64,000 nucleotides of DNA from positions 152,397 to 216,396 of the forward strand of contig CAWJZV010000017.1 in NCBI GenBank assembly GCA_963847445.1. The letters are read 5' to 3'. Of this stretch, positions 1 to 9,900 are shown one piece after another. The notes below the pieces were generated by a model that was not told where the DNA came from, searched no databases, and was given only the letters and a program-made list of their open reading frames with translations. The position numbers were made by a program, and so were the translations under genes. The DNA comes from an uncultured delta proteobacterium. GTDB lineage: Bacteria > Desulfobacterota > Binatia > UBA9968. Every line of letters starts with the position of its first letter. Positions within the stretch are counted from its first letter, which is position 1.

Positions 1-58
1 CGTAGGTGCGCGCCGGGTGATCATGTTTCTGCATGTGGTCGAAGAGTCCGAGTTTCAT
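1..58 (-). CDS. 5' end of LLM-class flavin-dependent oxidoreductase (partial, runs off window)
   Basis: Manual translation MKLGLFDHMQKHDHPARTY directly downstream of the 69-1052 gene; resembles luciferase-like monooxygenase N-termini. Confidence 0.55.
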   Translation of the reverse strand, partial: MKLGLFDHMQKHDHPARTY

Positions 59-68
59 GGTGTCATCC

Positions 69-1052
69 TTATTTGGTCGTTTCCTTTTGAATCTCTTGCA
101 GCAGCGAGTTGTCGTACATTTTTTCCAGGGCGAGTTTTTTCACTTCGGCGGCGCTTTCGGCGCGAAAGTCCAAGATCGAAGTGAGACCGGCAAGGGAGAC
201 GTAGGGAATTCTCAGCGCGTAGTCCTTGACGTTCTCTTTGTAGGTCTCGTCCAAAGTCGCGCCATCGGTGGTGCGCGTGTACTTGCCGATGGTGCGCTTG
301 GCAAACGCCGGATCGGCGATGGCCAGATCGTAGGCGGCGATGGTGGCGCGCAGAACTTTCTTCAATTCTTCCCGCTTGGTTTTGAGCTGCGAGTTCTTGA
401 CGATGAAGCAGCCGTAGTCGAAGGGCAGGCCGATCGTTTCGGTGGTGAGCAGTTCACGAAATCCCAGCTTGCGCGCATTCAATGTCAGCGGCAGCGAGAT
501 CGAGCCGCCTTGAACTAAGTTGTTCTGCATGCCGGCGATAATTTCCTGTGTGCCGCCGAGTTGCAGCAGGGCGACATCCTTGATCGGCTGCAAACGATAC
601 TTCTTGAGTACCTGGCGAGCGACGAAGTCGGAGAAGGCGCCGAAGCGGGTGACGCCGACGGCTTTTCCTTTCAGATCACCGATGCTGGCGTGCGGCGCGG
701 TGGTGAAGAAAGATGTTTGGCCTTTGTCGTACTGGCAGCCGACCATGACGAGGTCGGCGCCGGCGAGATTGGCGTCGACCACCGCGCCGGCGGCTGAGTA
801 CATGATATCGATGTCGCCGCCGAGCAGCGCCTGCACCGACTTGGTGCTCGAGCCGATGTAGAGCAGCTCCATATCGGCGCCATATTTTTGATACAATCCG
901 GCGTCCTTGCCAACCCACAATACCGTAAATGTTCCGGCGAATGCGGTGTAGGCGACGCGGAGTTTGGCTGGCTGGGCGTTGGCACGGGTCGCTATCGCCA
1001 ACGAGCAGAACAAAACGGCAATGACAAATCGTGATTTTGCGCCGGTTTTCAT
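69..1052 (-). CDS. ABC transporter substrate-binding protein, SsuA/THI5(NMT1)-like
   Basis: Signal peptide; GLYQKYGADMEL, DLKGKAVGVTRFG motifs; 327 aa. Confidence 0.9.
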   Translation of the reverse strand: MKTGAKSRFVIAVLFCSLAIATRANAQPAKLRVAYTAFAGTFTVLWVGKDAGLYQKYGADMELLYIGSSTKSVQALLGGDIDIMYSAAGAVVDANLAGADLVMVGCQYDKGQTSFFTTAPHASIGDLKGKAVGVTRFGAFSDFVARQVLKKYRLQPIKDVALLQLGGTQEIIAGMQNNLVQGGSISLPLTLNARKLGFRELLTTETIGLPFDYGCFIVKNSQLKTKREELKKVLRATIAAYDLAIADPAFAKRTIGKYTRTTDGATLDETYKENVKDYALRIPYVSLAGLTSILDFRAESAAEVKKLALEKMYDNSLLQEIQKETTK

Positions 1053-1243
1053 CGCTGTCCCTTACAACCCTACGACCTGTTTTCGATAGATCATGATCGC
1101 GACCTCGCTGTCAAGTTTCGCCGGTAAAGTCGACCATGCGTCGAACTTCGCCTTGACCTGTCTCTCGTTTCTAACTTATGGTGTGCTTTCCAAATAGATG
1201 CTGGATGAATCGGCTGTATGGAGAGGTAACTTCGATGGCCCGA

Positions 1244-2220
1244 ATGAATTGGCGTATCCTAGTGGGTATCGATCGCGATGGTGGTTTTCAACCTTGGGGC
1301 CGCGGCTGGCGATCGGCCAAGAGAAGATCAAGTTTCCCGTCGGTGTCGGCACCAAGACGGTGGGCACCAACATGTTTTGGCTCGGAGTGAAGAAAGGTTT
1401 CTTCGATGAGGTCGGCTTGGATGTCCAGCCGGTCTTGTTGCGCGGTACGACGATTACCATTCAAGCGTTGGCGAGTGAGTCGTTGTATCTGGCGTTGGGT
1501 TCGACCGATTTCACCATCGGCACGGCCGCGAGCAGCGCCGATTTGGTCGCGGTGAGCGGCGTGGTCAACGGCCTGACTCAAGCGATTGTCGCGTCGAAGC
1601 AATACAAATCGCTCAAAGAACTGCGCGGAGCGACCATCGGCGTGCAAGTGCTGACGTCGGGGGCGACCAATGTTTTAAAGCGAATACTCAAGCAGCATGG
1701 CTTGGAATATCCGGCGGATTACAAGTTGCTTTCGGTGGGCGGCGGCAGCTTTAATCTGGCAGCGCTGACTTCAGGGCAGATCGGCGCAACCTATCTGGTC
1801 GTGCCGCTCGATTACACCGCGGAGCAGCAGGGTTTCAATATCCTCGGCTATTTCAAGGATTATTTTCCTAACTATCAACTTTCCGTGATCGCCGGAAAAC
1901 GAACCTGGGTGGAGAAAAACCGTGGGCTCTTGGTGCGTTATCTGAAAGCGACGGTGCGCACTCATCGCTGGCTCTACGCCAACAAAGAGGCGGCCATCGA
2001 TTTTCTTGCCAAGGAAATGCCGCTCAAGCCTGACTTGGCGCGCCGCGGTTGGGAATATTACATCGCCAATCGCATCTGGCATCCGAACGCGGAGATTGAC
2101 CTCGAAGGCTTAAAATTCACCATGCAGATTTACGCCGAACAGACCAAAGGCGCGGCGCCGGATCCGTTCAAATATATCGACCAGAGTTATTTGCAGCAGG
2201 CGATCAAGGAACTGGGGTGA
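1244..2220 (+). CDS. SsuA/THI5-like substrate-binding protein (frameshifts in signal peptide region)
   Basis: ORF 1198-2220: KGFFDEVGLDV, ELRGATIGV; probable start MNWRILV at 1244 in another frame. Confidence 0.85.
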
Positions 2221-2230
2221 TCGACGGTTT

Positions 2231-2321
2231 CGGATTCAAAGTATTAACGCAAAGAGCGCCAAGGGCGCAAGATGAATTCCAAGAGGAATTCCGGATGTAG
2301 GGGCGGGTTTGAAACCGCCCT
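2231..2321 (+). repeat. CGCAAAG-type arm plus REP-like GTAGGGGCGGGTTTGAAACCGCCC hairpin
   Basis: Same REP-like unit at 27724-27749, 34950-34975, 60986-61010. Confidence 0.8.
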
Positions 2322-2352
2322 CTTGGTTAACGATGACGCAGAAAGGAAACTA

Positions 2353-3483
2353 GTGGATCTGAATTCACTGCGGGTAGACTTGGTCGGCAGCTTACTGCGA
2401 CCGGAAAAACTTAAACAGGCCTTTTCGGATTACGGCCAGGGTAAGGCGAGCGAAGCTGATTTAGCTAGCGCACAGGACGCGGCGATTGGCGATGTCGTCG
2501 CCAAACAAGCGGCGCATAATCTGCCGATCGCCGTCGACGGTGAGTTTCGCCGCACCAGCTTTATGGAGTCGTTTGCCGTGGTCGCCGGTGTCGAGGAGTG
2601 GCAAGCCGGGGCGCGCAGCTATCATGAAATCCTCGCCCGTAAAGATGAGGGCAAGGAAGGCACGCATAAAGGCCAAGATCCGATCCTGCTCAATCGCAAG
2701 CGGGTCACCGCGCGGTTAAAGTTGATTCGCAATACCTTGGTCGACGATTTTCGCTTTGCCCAGAAATTAACCGACCGGCCAGTGAAAGTAACCTTGATCG
2801 GCCCGGATCGAATTCAGCAGTGCTACGATAGTGAAGCGTCGAAAGCCGTCTATCCATCGACCGATGAATTTTTGCGCGATGTGGTTTCAGTGGAGCGCCA
2901 GATGTTAAGTGAGCTGTCGCAAGCTGGCTGCCGCTACGTCGGTATCGATGGTCCCGGTTACACGGCCTATGTCGACCCCGACTCTATCGCCGCGATGCGC
3001 GCTAGGGGCGAGGAACCGATGGCGACCATGGAGCGGTCGATCGACGCCGACAACCAGGTGATCGCGAATTTCCCCGGCGTGACTTTCGGCATTCACATTT
3101 GCCGCGGCAACCGGCAAAGCATGTGGCATCGCGAAGGGAAATACGACGCCATCGCCGAGAAACTATTCAACGGCCTCAACCATCAACGTTTGCTGTTGGA
3201 ATACGACACGGCGCGCGCCGGCGGCTTCGAGCCGCTGCGGTTTGTTCCCAAGGGAAAAATCGCGGTGCTGGGTTTGATCACCACCAAAACGGGCCGGGTC
3301 GAGACGGTGGACGAGTTGCGCCGCCGGATCGATGACGCGGCGCGCTTCCTGCCGTTGGATCAGTTGGCGCTGAGCCCGCAGTGCGGTTTTGCCTCGAGCA
3401 TTCGCGGCAACCTGCTGAGCGAGGACGAGCAGTTTCGTAAGCTCGATGTCATGCTCGAAACGGCGCGGCGGGTTTGGGGTTAA
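2353..3483 (+). CDS. Cobalamin-independent methionine synthase II family (MetE C-terminal-like, YxjG/H type)
   Basis: VGSLLRP, DGEFRR, HICRGN, LEYD, SPQCGF Zn-binding motifs; GTG start after GAAAGGAAAC. Confidence 0.88.
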   Translation: MDLNSLRVDLVGSLLRPEKLKQAFSDYGQGKASEADLASAQDAAIGDVVAKQAAHNLPIAVDGEFRRTSFMESFAVVAGVEEWQAGARSYHEILARKDEGKEGTHKGQDPILLNRKRVTARLKLIRNTLVDDFRFAQKLTDRPVKVTLIGPDRIQQCYDSEASKAVYPSTDEFLRDVVSVERQMLSELSQAGCRYVGIDGPGYTAYVDPDSIAAMRARGEEPMATMERSIDADNQVIANFPGVTFGIHICRGNRQSMWHREGKYDAIAEKLFNGLNHQRLLLEYDTARAGGFEPLRFVPKGKIAVLGLITTKTGRVETVDELRRRIDDAARFLPLDQLALSPQCGFASSIRGNLLSEDEQFRKLDVMLETARRVWG

Positions 3484-3490
3484 AAAAAAG

Positions 3491-3532
3491 TTCGTTCAAG
3501 GGTTCAAAAGTTCAAGGTTCAATGTTGGAATC
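3491..3532. repeat. GTTCAA(G/A) periodic repeat arm
   Basis: gttcaagggttcaaaagttcaaggttcaatgttgga; related copies at 5864 and 47706. Confidence 0.7.
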
Positions 3533-3609
3533 CCAGTTGTAACTGAGGAATGTTGACCGTCCCTACCTAAACGCGCACTACTAGCTTTTCCTGATTCACC
3601 CCCGACATC

Positions 3610-4467
3610 ATGCGCGCGAGTGATCTTATTCGGCTGGTGCTGCTCGCGGCGATCTGGGGCGGGTCGTTTGTTTTTCTGCGGGTGGTGGCGCCGGCATTGG
3701 GAGCGATCGTCACCGCCGACCTGCGCGTGCTGATCGCTTGGGGCGCGCTGACGATTTATTTCCGTGCCGTCGGCATCGATGTGGGTTGGCGGCGGTTCTG
3801 GCGCCAGTACCTCGTCATCGGCGCGTTCAATGCGGCGCTGCCATTTTTTCTATTCGCCTTTGCCGCTCTCCACATCCCGGCCTCTTACTCGGCGATTCTG
3901 AACGCGACCTCGCCATTCTTTGGCGCGCTGTTCGCTTGGTTGTGGCTTGGTGAGAAGATTACTTTTTTGAAAAGTGTGGGGTTTGTTTTCGGTATCGCCG
4001 GTGTCGGTCTTGTCACGGGTGTCGCTTCCGCTGCGGCAGGCGGTTCAACTAATTGGGCGATGGGCGCATGTCTGTTAGCGGCGATGAGTTACGGGTTCGT
4101 CAGCGTTTATACCAAGAAGTTCGCTGCCGCGGCAAATCCACGTGCGATCGCCGGCTGCAGCCAATTGATGGCGGGTTTATTATTGCTGCCGTTGACGCCG
4201 CTGGCGCCGCCACCAGGGCCGGTAACGGGTTTCATCGCGGTGAGTATGATCATTTTTGCGCTGTTGAGCAGCGGCGTGGCTTTTTTGCTCTACTTCCGCT
4301 TGATCGCGGACATCGGCCCGACTAAATCGCTGACGGTCACATTTTTGATGCCGGTGTTCACGATGCTCTGGGCGTCGCTATTTCTTGGCGAGGGAGTGAC
4401 TGCGGTGATGATATTCGGTTGCGCGCTGATCCTCGTGGGTACTGGGTTAGTGGTGATGCGGAGATAG
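3610..4467 (+). CDS. DMT/EamA family transporter
   Basis: About 10 hydrophobic helices; LAAIWGGSF and LFLGE motifs. Confidence 0.9.
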   Translation: MRASDLIRLVLLAAIWGGSFVFLRVVAPALGAIVTADLRVLIAWGALTIYFRAVGIDVGWRRFWRQYLVIGAFNAALPFFLFAFAALHIPASYSAILNATSPFFGALFAWLWLGEKITFLKSVGFVFGIAGVGLVTGVASAAAGGSTNWAMGACLLAAMSYGFVSVYTKKFAAAANPRAIAGCSQLMAGLLLLPLTPLAPPPGPVTGFIAVSMIIFALLSSGVAFLLYFRLIADIGPTKSLTVTFLMPVFTMLWASLFLGEGVTAVMIFGCALILVGTGLVVMRR

Positions 4468-4527
4468 AAAAAAGACCGAGGCAGAGAACCGCTCGGCGGG
4501 GCGGCTCTCAGCCTCAGGTCTTTTTTT
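4468..4527. terminator. Bidirectional intrinsic terminator between convergent genes
   Basis: A-run, GACCGAGGCAGAG...CTCTCAGCCTCAGGTC stem, T-run. Confidence 0.75.
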
Positions 4528-4555
4528 GTCCTTTGTTGGTTTACTATCTATTCTC

Positions 4556-5032
4556 TCAGCGGCCGCGATCGCCGGCCTCGCGCATGCTCCACATGGGACG
4601 CTGGCGGGCGCAGAAACGGCGCGCGGCGTCGACCTGCTGGCGCGAGCCGTCGAGGTCTACCTGAACATTGAAACAGTGTTCGCGGCCGGTGTGGCGGAAG
4701 CCCTCAACGGCGGGAATCTCGAGCTCATTCACGCCAGGGCGCATATTGAAATTCCGAGTATGACCGACGATGTTATTGCCCTCACGGATCAGAATATCGG
4801 TTTCGCAATCGCGCCGGCCTTCGAAATTGACGCGTACCTTCCAGGCGCGAACCCGCTGGCCCTCGATAACTGGATCCGGCGACATATCGAGATCCTGAAT
4901 ATTTATGCGATCGCCGCGCTGGCAACCGCGGCCGCCCCGGCGGTCCCCATCGGCCGCCATCGTTTCTGGCGTAACGTTCATCAGTAGGCTGCTGAGCACT
5001 CCGGTTAGAAATGCTGCTTTGATCCACGACAT
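4556..5032 (-). CDS. Hypothetical secreted protein (158 aa, four Cys)
   Basis: C-terminal part of ORF 4556-5878 with its own GGAGG RBS and ATG (MSWIKAAFL..., signal-peptide-like). Confidence 0.7.
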   Translation of the reverse strand: MSWIKAAFLTGVLSSLLMNVTPETMAADGDRRGGRGCQRGDRINIQDLDMSPDPVIEGQRVRAWKVRVNFEGRRDCETDILIREGNNIVGHTRNFNMRPGVNELEIPAVEGFRHTGREHCFNVQVDLDGSRQQVDAARRFCARQRPMWSMREAGDRGR

Positions 5033-5118
5033 ATGCTTTCCTCCTTCAAGGTTTTGTCTGTCAGTTAGACGTAAGAAACGAAAAATGGCTATAGCCGAGG
5101 CAAAATTAAGCCCGACCC

Positions 5119-5845
5119 CTAGGGCGCCAAGCTTTCCATCAAACGGCCAAATCCTTTCACATTTTCCTTTATATCGATCAGTCTCATGGCGTACCAGCTG
5201 CACGCTAAGCTGCTGGTGATGACCGGTTTGCCGATTTCGTCTTCGAGGAGCTGGACGTCGGTGATCGTCGGCCAGCGCGGGCAGGGGATGAAAACACCAT
5301 CGGCGTCGCGCGCTTTGGCGTAGAGCCGCTTGGCGATCTTGTACGAGGCGTGTACCGGCAGGTCGGTGAGCTGGGCGTTTTTGCGCACGCCGTAACCGGC
5401 GATCTGCAAGACTTCGAAGCCGCACTGTTCGAGATGGCGCTTGAGCCGTTGATTGATCTCGTCTTCGTAGGGCGTGCCGACGACGAGCTTTGTGCATTTC
5501 ATCGCTTTGAGCGCTTCGACTTCGGCGGTCAAACCGGCGGCCACGGGAACTGCCGAACTTGTCGGAAAGTTTCTTGCCCAGTTCCCGATCGGCACCGAAG
5601 GGCAAGCGGGTGAACAGCGGCGAGCCGCTAAAGATTATCGAATCGCAGTTGTTGTCGACCAGGTCCTGGATCGCTTCTTCGATGCGGCTCAGTTGCGCCT
5701 CGAAGTCGCTGTCGACCAACTGGCGCACGGTGCCGGTGGTGTTGAGCATCATGAAGCCTTCGGGAAACATCTTGTAGAATTCGTAAACCAGGGTATCGCC
5801 GCGCGATGGGGCGACGTGACCGATGCGAGCGCGCCAGCCGTACAT
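5119..5845 (-). CDS. Asp/Glu racemase / maleate isomerase / arylmalonate decarboxylase family (frameshift near 5550)
   Basis: MYGWRARIG start; TPY, FIPCPRWPT and LEDEIGKPVITS motifs split across two frames. Confidence 0.85.
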
Positions 5846-5863
5846 AATTACCTCCTGCGGAGT

Positions 5864-5948
5864 TGTTCTAAGGTTCAAGGGTGCAAAAGTTCAAGGTCGG
5901 ATTTGCTTTACTCAGTTCCAGCAGTTCCGATCGTTCCAGTCGTTCCAT
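5864..5948. repeat. GTTCAAG and GTTCCA periodic repeat arms
   Basis: gttctaaggttcaagggtgcaaaagttcaaggtcgga and gttccagcagttccgatcgttccagtcgttcca. Confidence 0.6.
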
Positions 5949-5952
5949 GGGA

Positions 5953-6840
5953 CTATGCAGGCCAGCCGTAGAGTTTTGCCGGGTTGGCGGCGAGAATTGC
6001 GTTGCGGATTGTTTTGTCCGGTACCGCGGTGACCAGGAAATCCAGCAGGTCGCCGTCGTCGGGCATCGGCACGGGCACGCCGCCATGGGGCCAGTTGCTA
6101 CCCCAGACGATGTTGTCCGAGCGGTTAGCGACGATCGCCTGAATCACGTCAACCATGTCATGGTAATCCGGCGGGCCGGATTTTGATAGCTGATAGAAGC
6201 TGTAGAGATTGATCCAGGCGTGCTCTTGGTTTCTAAGTATCGTCAGCAGCTCGGCGAATTCACTATCCTCCCTGGTCATATGCGGCTCGGCGTGGGCGAC
6301 ATGGTCGAACAGGTAAGGGACTTTGAGAGAATTCAAGAATGGTACGGTGGCGATCACTTCGGCCATCGATTGCGACATGAACTCGACATGCCAATCGAAG
6401 CCGGCGCTGCGCTCGATCATTCTCCTGCTTTGCTCGAAGGACAGGCCGCCGCGGCCGTTGGCTTTAATCCGAAAGCCGCTGAAGCCGCCGTCTTTCAGTT
6501 CGCGCAGTTGTGCGTCGGTAATCGCCGGGTCGAGTAGCGCGAGACCTTTGAAGGCGCCGTTCATGCGCTTGAGCGCGTCCAGGGTGATGCGATTGTTAGT
6601 GCCATTGCCACTGCCGGTGACGATGACGGCGCGTTCCAAGCCGAGAGCGCGATGAGTTTGCAAATAATCGTCCAGTGTCGAGTGCGGATCGGGATCGTAG
6701 CCACGCTCGGCGACCAGCGGATAACGCTCGAACGGACCATAAACATGCAGATGGCAGTCGCAGGCGCCGGAAGGCAATTTATAGCGCGGCGCGTGGGGAT
6801 TGGCGTTGGGCGGCTTTACCGGTCGCATGATGACCGCCAA
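5953..6840 (-). CDS. Amidohydrolase_2 family, LigI (2-pyrone-4,6-dicarboxylate lactonase)-like
   Basis: GACDCHLHVYGP, FDH, VWGSNWPH, NPAKLYG. Confidence 0.85.
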   Translation of the reverse strand: MAVIMRPVKPPNANPHAPRYKLPSGACDCHLHVYGPFERYPLVAERGYDPDPHSTLDDYLQTHRALGLERAVIVTGSGNGTNNRITLDALKRMNGAFKGLALLDPAITDAQLRELKDGGFSGFRIKANGRGGLSFEQSRRMIERSAGFDWHVEFMSQSMAEVIATVPFLNSLKVPYLFDHVAHAEPHMTREDSEFAELLTILRNQEHAWINLYSFYQLSKSGPPDYHDMVDVIQAIVANRSDNIVWGSNWPHGGVPVPMPDDGDLLDFLVTAVPDKTIRNAILAANPAKLYGWPA

Positions 6841-6974
6841 TGTAATGCAAAAGCGGGATGAATATCCAGCGCATTTCTAGCCATTGGCGGTTTACGGCTT
6901 GACGGCGCGGGAGGTTTTGCTTAGCGTACTGCTTGATCAGTACACAGCAATCTCAAACTTGGCGGAGGTAAGTT

Positions 6975-8138
6975 ATGGCAGAAGCGAACCTGCAATTGTT
7001 CTTGTTGGGCGCGGAAAGACTGCTACGTTGCCGGTGGGACGGCCGGAGCGAAAACCTCGAGATTCTCAACAGCGCGATGGACGGCGAGACCGTGCGCGAG
7101 GTAGCGCGCGATCCATTCAATCCGAACAAACTCTATGCCGCGACGCTGACCGAGATCCATGTCAGCGAAAATAACGGTGACAGCTGGCAGTGGCTGCCTT
7201 CCGGCGGTATCGACTACCGGGATATTTGGACCATGGCGGTGCATCCGACGCGGCCTAATGAAATCTATGTAGGCACGCTGCCGGCGGCGGTTTACGTCAG
7301 CGACAATGGCGGCCGGTCGTTTCGCGAACTGGCGGCGTTTCGTAATTTGCCCGACTACAACAAATGGACTTTCCCTCCCGGCGCCCATGTCGCCCATGCG
7401 CGCTCGATTGCGCTCGATGCGCGAGTGCCGGACGAGATCATTGTCGGAATCGAAGAGGGCGGCGTGGCGCGCAGCCGCGACCGCGGCGCGACTTGGGAAG
7501 ATATTAGCGGACCCGCAAGTCCGACGGCATTTCCCAAGATCAACGATCCAGCAGGCATCGTGCCTTACGAGATGGGCAGACATGAAGAGGGTCGTGTCTA
7601 CCGCGATGTTCACTGGGTGACGCGCCATCCGACGCGCTTGGAGACGTTATTCGCCAGCACCGGTATCGGCACTTATCGTACCGACGATGGCGGGAAAAAC
7701 TGGACCAAGTGCGAGTATGGCTTGGGGCGCGCCTACGCGATCCCCATGACCAACCATCCAGCAGTTCCAGACAGAATTTTTCTTGGCGCGGCGGAGAACG
7801 GTCCCGCGACCTGGGCCGGTTACCGGACGGTACGCGCCGGCCCGTACAATACGGTCAAGTTTAGCCGCAACGCGACCGCCGAGACCGGCGGTGCCAAGAC
7901 CCAGATCTTACGCAGCGATGACGCGGGCAACACCTGGAGCTATCTCAAAACTGGCCTGCCCGCTGGCACGGAACACATGACCTGCGGCTTTGCCAGCCAT
8001 CCGCAAGACCCCAACACTTTGTGCGTCGGCTATACCGATGGTTCGGTCTACGCGAGCAATGACGCGGGACAGAATTGGCGCCGATTGATCGTGTCGCTGC
8101 CAAAGCTTTATGGTTTAAGATTGATACCGTCTGTTTAA
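6975..8138 (+). CDS. BNR/Asp-box repeat beta-propeller protein (WD40/YVTN-like), no signal peptide
   Basis: Repeated SxDxGxTW Asp-boxes (SENNGDSW, SDNGGRSF, SRDRGATW, TDDGGKNW, SDDAGNTW, SNDAGQNW). Confidence 0.85.
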   Translation: MAEANLQLFLLGAERLLRCRWDGRSENLEILNSAMDGETVREVARDPFNPNKLYAATLTEIHVSENNGDSWQWLPSGGIDYRDIWTMAVHPTRPNEIYVGTLPAAVYVSDNGGRSFRELAAFRNLPDYNKWTFPPGAHVAHARSIALDARVPDEIIVGIEEGGVARSRDRGATWEDISGPASPTAFPKINDPAGIVPYEMGRHEEGRVYRDVHWVTRHPTRLETLFASTGIGTYRTDDGGKNWTKCEYGLGRAYAIPMTNHPAVPDRIFLGAAENGPATWAGYRTVRAGPYNTVKFSRNATAETGGAKTQILRSDDAGNTWSYLKTGLPAGTEHMTCGFASHPQDPNTLCVGYTDGSVYASNDAGQNWRRLIVSLPKLYGLRLIPSV

Positions 8139-8230
8139 CAGGCGACTGAAACGCTGAATAATCGGAGCTTTCGGTAGCTTTATGGTTTGATTCGGTATTT
8201 TATATAATTTTGTTTTGTGTATTGAAATGG

Positions 8231-8259
8231 TTGACAGGTTCGCCGCAATACTTCACAAT
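8231..8259 (+). promoter_or_regulatory. Putative sigma70 promoter of pal
   Basis: TTGACA-17 bp-CACAAT with AT-rich upstream region. Confidence 0.5.
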
Positions 8260-8295
8260 TAATCAATTAAATCAGTCTAGGACGGGGCTGGAAAG

Positions 8296-8868
8296 GTGGT
8301 TTCGATGGGGGATCATCAGCGAATTCTGCACAATGGCTTGAAATTACTGGCGGTTACTTTTTTGGTTTCATGCGGTAATCCCGCAAACCCACCGCCACCG
8401 AAATGGACGGGAGAGAATCTCCCCGCTATAGCGGCAAAACCGGCGGCGCCCAAGCCACCGCCTGTGTCGCCAAAGGCGGAAGAGAAGACGAGCTTAGAGG
8501 CTTTGCAAAAGGGCGAAATGGCGACAAGTGGACCGCTGAAAGACGTTGGTTTCAACTTCGATAGCGCGGCGCTTTCCGATGCCGCCCGCGCGACGTTGAA
8601 AAGCAACTCTGATTGGCTCAAGGCCAATGCTACGGCGCGGATTCAAATCGAAGGCCATTGCGACGAACGTGGCGCAGCGGATTACAACATGGCGCTCGGC
8701 GCAAAACGCGCCCAGGCATCGATGGATTACTTAGCCACTTTGGGTGTCGCAGCCAACCGCATGTCGACGATCAGCTACGGCGAAGAAATCCCCATGTGCA
8801 AAGATAAGACTGAAGCCTGCTGGGCGCAAAATCGGCGCGCGCGGTTCGTCGTTAGTGCAGCCAAGTAA
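8296..8868 (+). CDS. pal: Peptidoglycan-associated lipoprotein (OmpA-like domain)
   Basis: Lipobox LVSC; FNFD, IEGHCDERG, YNMALGAKRA, ISYGEE, NRR. Confidence 0.85.
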   Translation: MVSMGDHQRILHNGLKLLAVTFLVSCGNPANPPPPKWTGENLPAIAAKPAAPKPPPVSPKAEEKTSLEALQKGEMATSGPLKDVGFNFDSAALSDAARATLKSNSDWLKANATARIQIEGHCDERGAADYNMALGAKRAQASMDYLATLGVAANRMSTISYGEEIPMCKDKTEACWAQNRRARFVVSAAK

Positions 8869-8892
8869 CATCCGTTCCAAATAATCAACTCG

Positions 8893-8932
8893 AAAAAAAG
8901 GCCCATGTCGTCACGACATGGGCCTTTTTTTT
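8893..8932. terminator. Intrinsic terminator
   Basis: A7-GGCCCATGTCG-TCA-CGACATGGGCC-T8. Confidence 0.9.
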
Positions 8933-9087
8933 GGCGCGGCATGATACGAGTCGGCAACCGATTCGACGCACAGTATCCGACTATAATCGTGGCTATCGAT
9001 TGACATCGAAAGCGGGCGTTTGTTAGGTTCGCACGTCGCTGATTGTGCGTGAGCGATAAATCAACCAAGCGAGAAAAAGGTAGATCC

Positions 9088-9828
9088 ATGCGTTACGGTT
9101 GGCGAGCACGAATCGGTCATATCGCCCCAGCGATACTCGACACGTCGGGTGAAGAAATGCGCAAGTTGTTGCCCGCGGGTGTCCTGCATGTCGGCCTGAC
9201 GATCAGCGAACCGATTCAAACACTCGGCGCAGAGCAGGCAGCGGCGGCGTTTGGCCGCATGGTCGATGCCGGCAAGCGCTTGGCCGCGGAAAAGGTCGAT
9301 GTGCTCATCTGCGGCGGCGCGCCAGTGGCGTTGTCCAAGGGCGCGGCTGGCGACGCCGAGTTGACCGAACTGCTACGCCGTGAGACGCAGTTGCCGGTGG
9401 TGACGGCGAACGGCGCGGTGATCGACGGTTTGCGTACACTGGGCGCGCGCTCGGTGCTTGTCGTCAGTCCGTTCATCGACGCGCGTAATCAGGAGATCAA
9501 AAACTTTCTCGAAGCGAACTGCTTCACAGTGGCGGCGACCAGAGGGCTTGGCCTCACCAAGAATATCGACTTTGCCAGTCAGTCGCCTGACGCTGCGTTC
9601 GCGCTTGCCTATGGCGCGGCGAAAGCGCATCCGGAAGCGGACGCAATTTATATCGCCTGTCCACGCTGGCCGTCGGTGGATATTATCGCTGCACTGGAAG
9701 CGGACACCGGTAAGGCCGTCGTCGCCGCACCCGCGGCGATGGTTTGGGGTGCGCTCAAGGCGCTGCGGATTAACGACTGTCGACCCGGTTTTGGACGACT
9801 GATGGATAGTCTGCGCAGCGCGAATTAG
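9088..9828 (+). CDS. Asp/Glu racemase / maleate isomerase / arylmalonate decarboxylase family
   Basis: MRYGWRARIG, SPF, YIACPRWPS, LEADTGKAVV; paralogue of 5119-5845. Confidence 0.85.
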   Translation: MRYGWRARIGHIAPAILDTSGEEMRKLLPAGVLHVGLTISEPIQTLGAEQAAAAFGRMVDAGKRLAAEKVDVLICGGAPVALSKGAAGDAELTELLRRETQLPVVTANGAVIDGLRTLGARSVLVVSPFIDARNQEIKNFLEANCFTVAATRGLGLTKNIDFASQSPDAAFALAYGAAKAHPEADAIYIACPRWPSVDIIAALEADTGKAVVAAPAAMVWGALKALRINDCRPGFGRLMDSLRSAN

Positions 9829-9900
9829 CGACTTGGCTGAGCCAGGCAGATCGACTCCGAATAGCACTACCGTACTAGTCTCGCGAGAGGGGACGCTGGA

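Noticed and set aside
4556-5878. 440-aa racemase/secreted protein fusion ORF
   Set aside because: Frameshift near 5550 runs the racemase frame into a separate gene with its own RBS
8104-8188. 13-bp direct repeat AGCTTTATGGTTT as att site
   Set aside because: Short, only 72 bp apart, with no integrase or cargo
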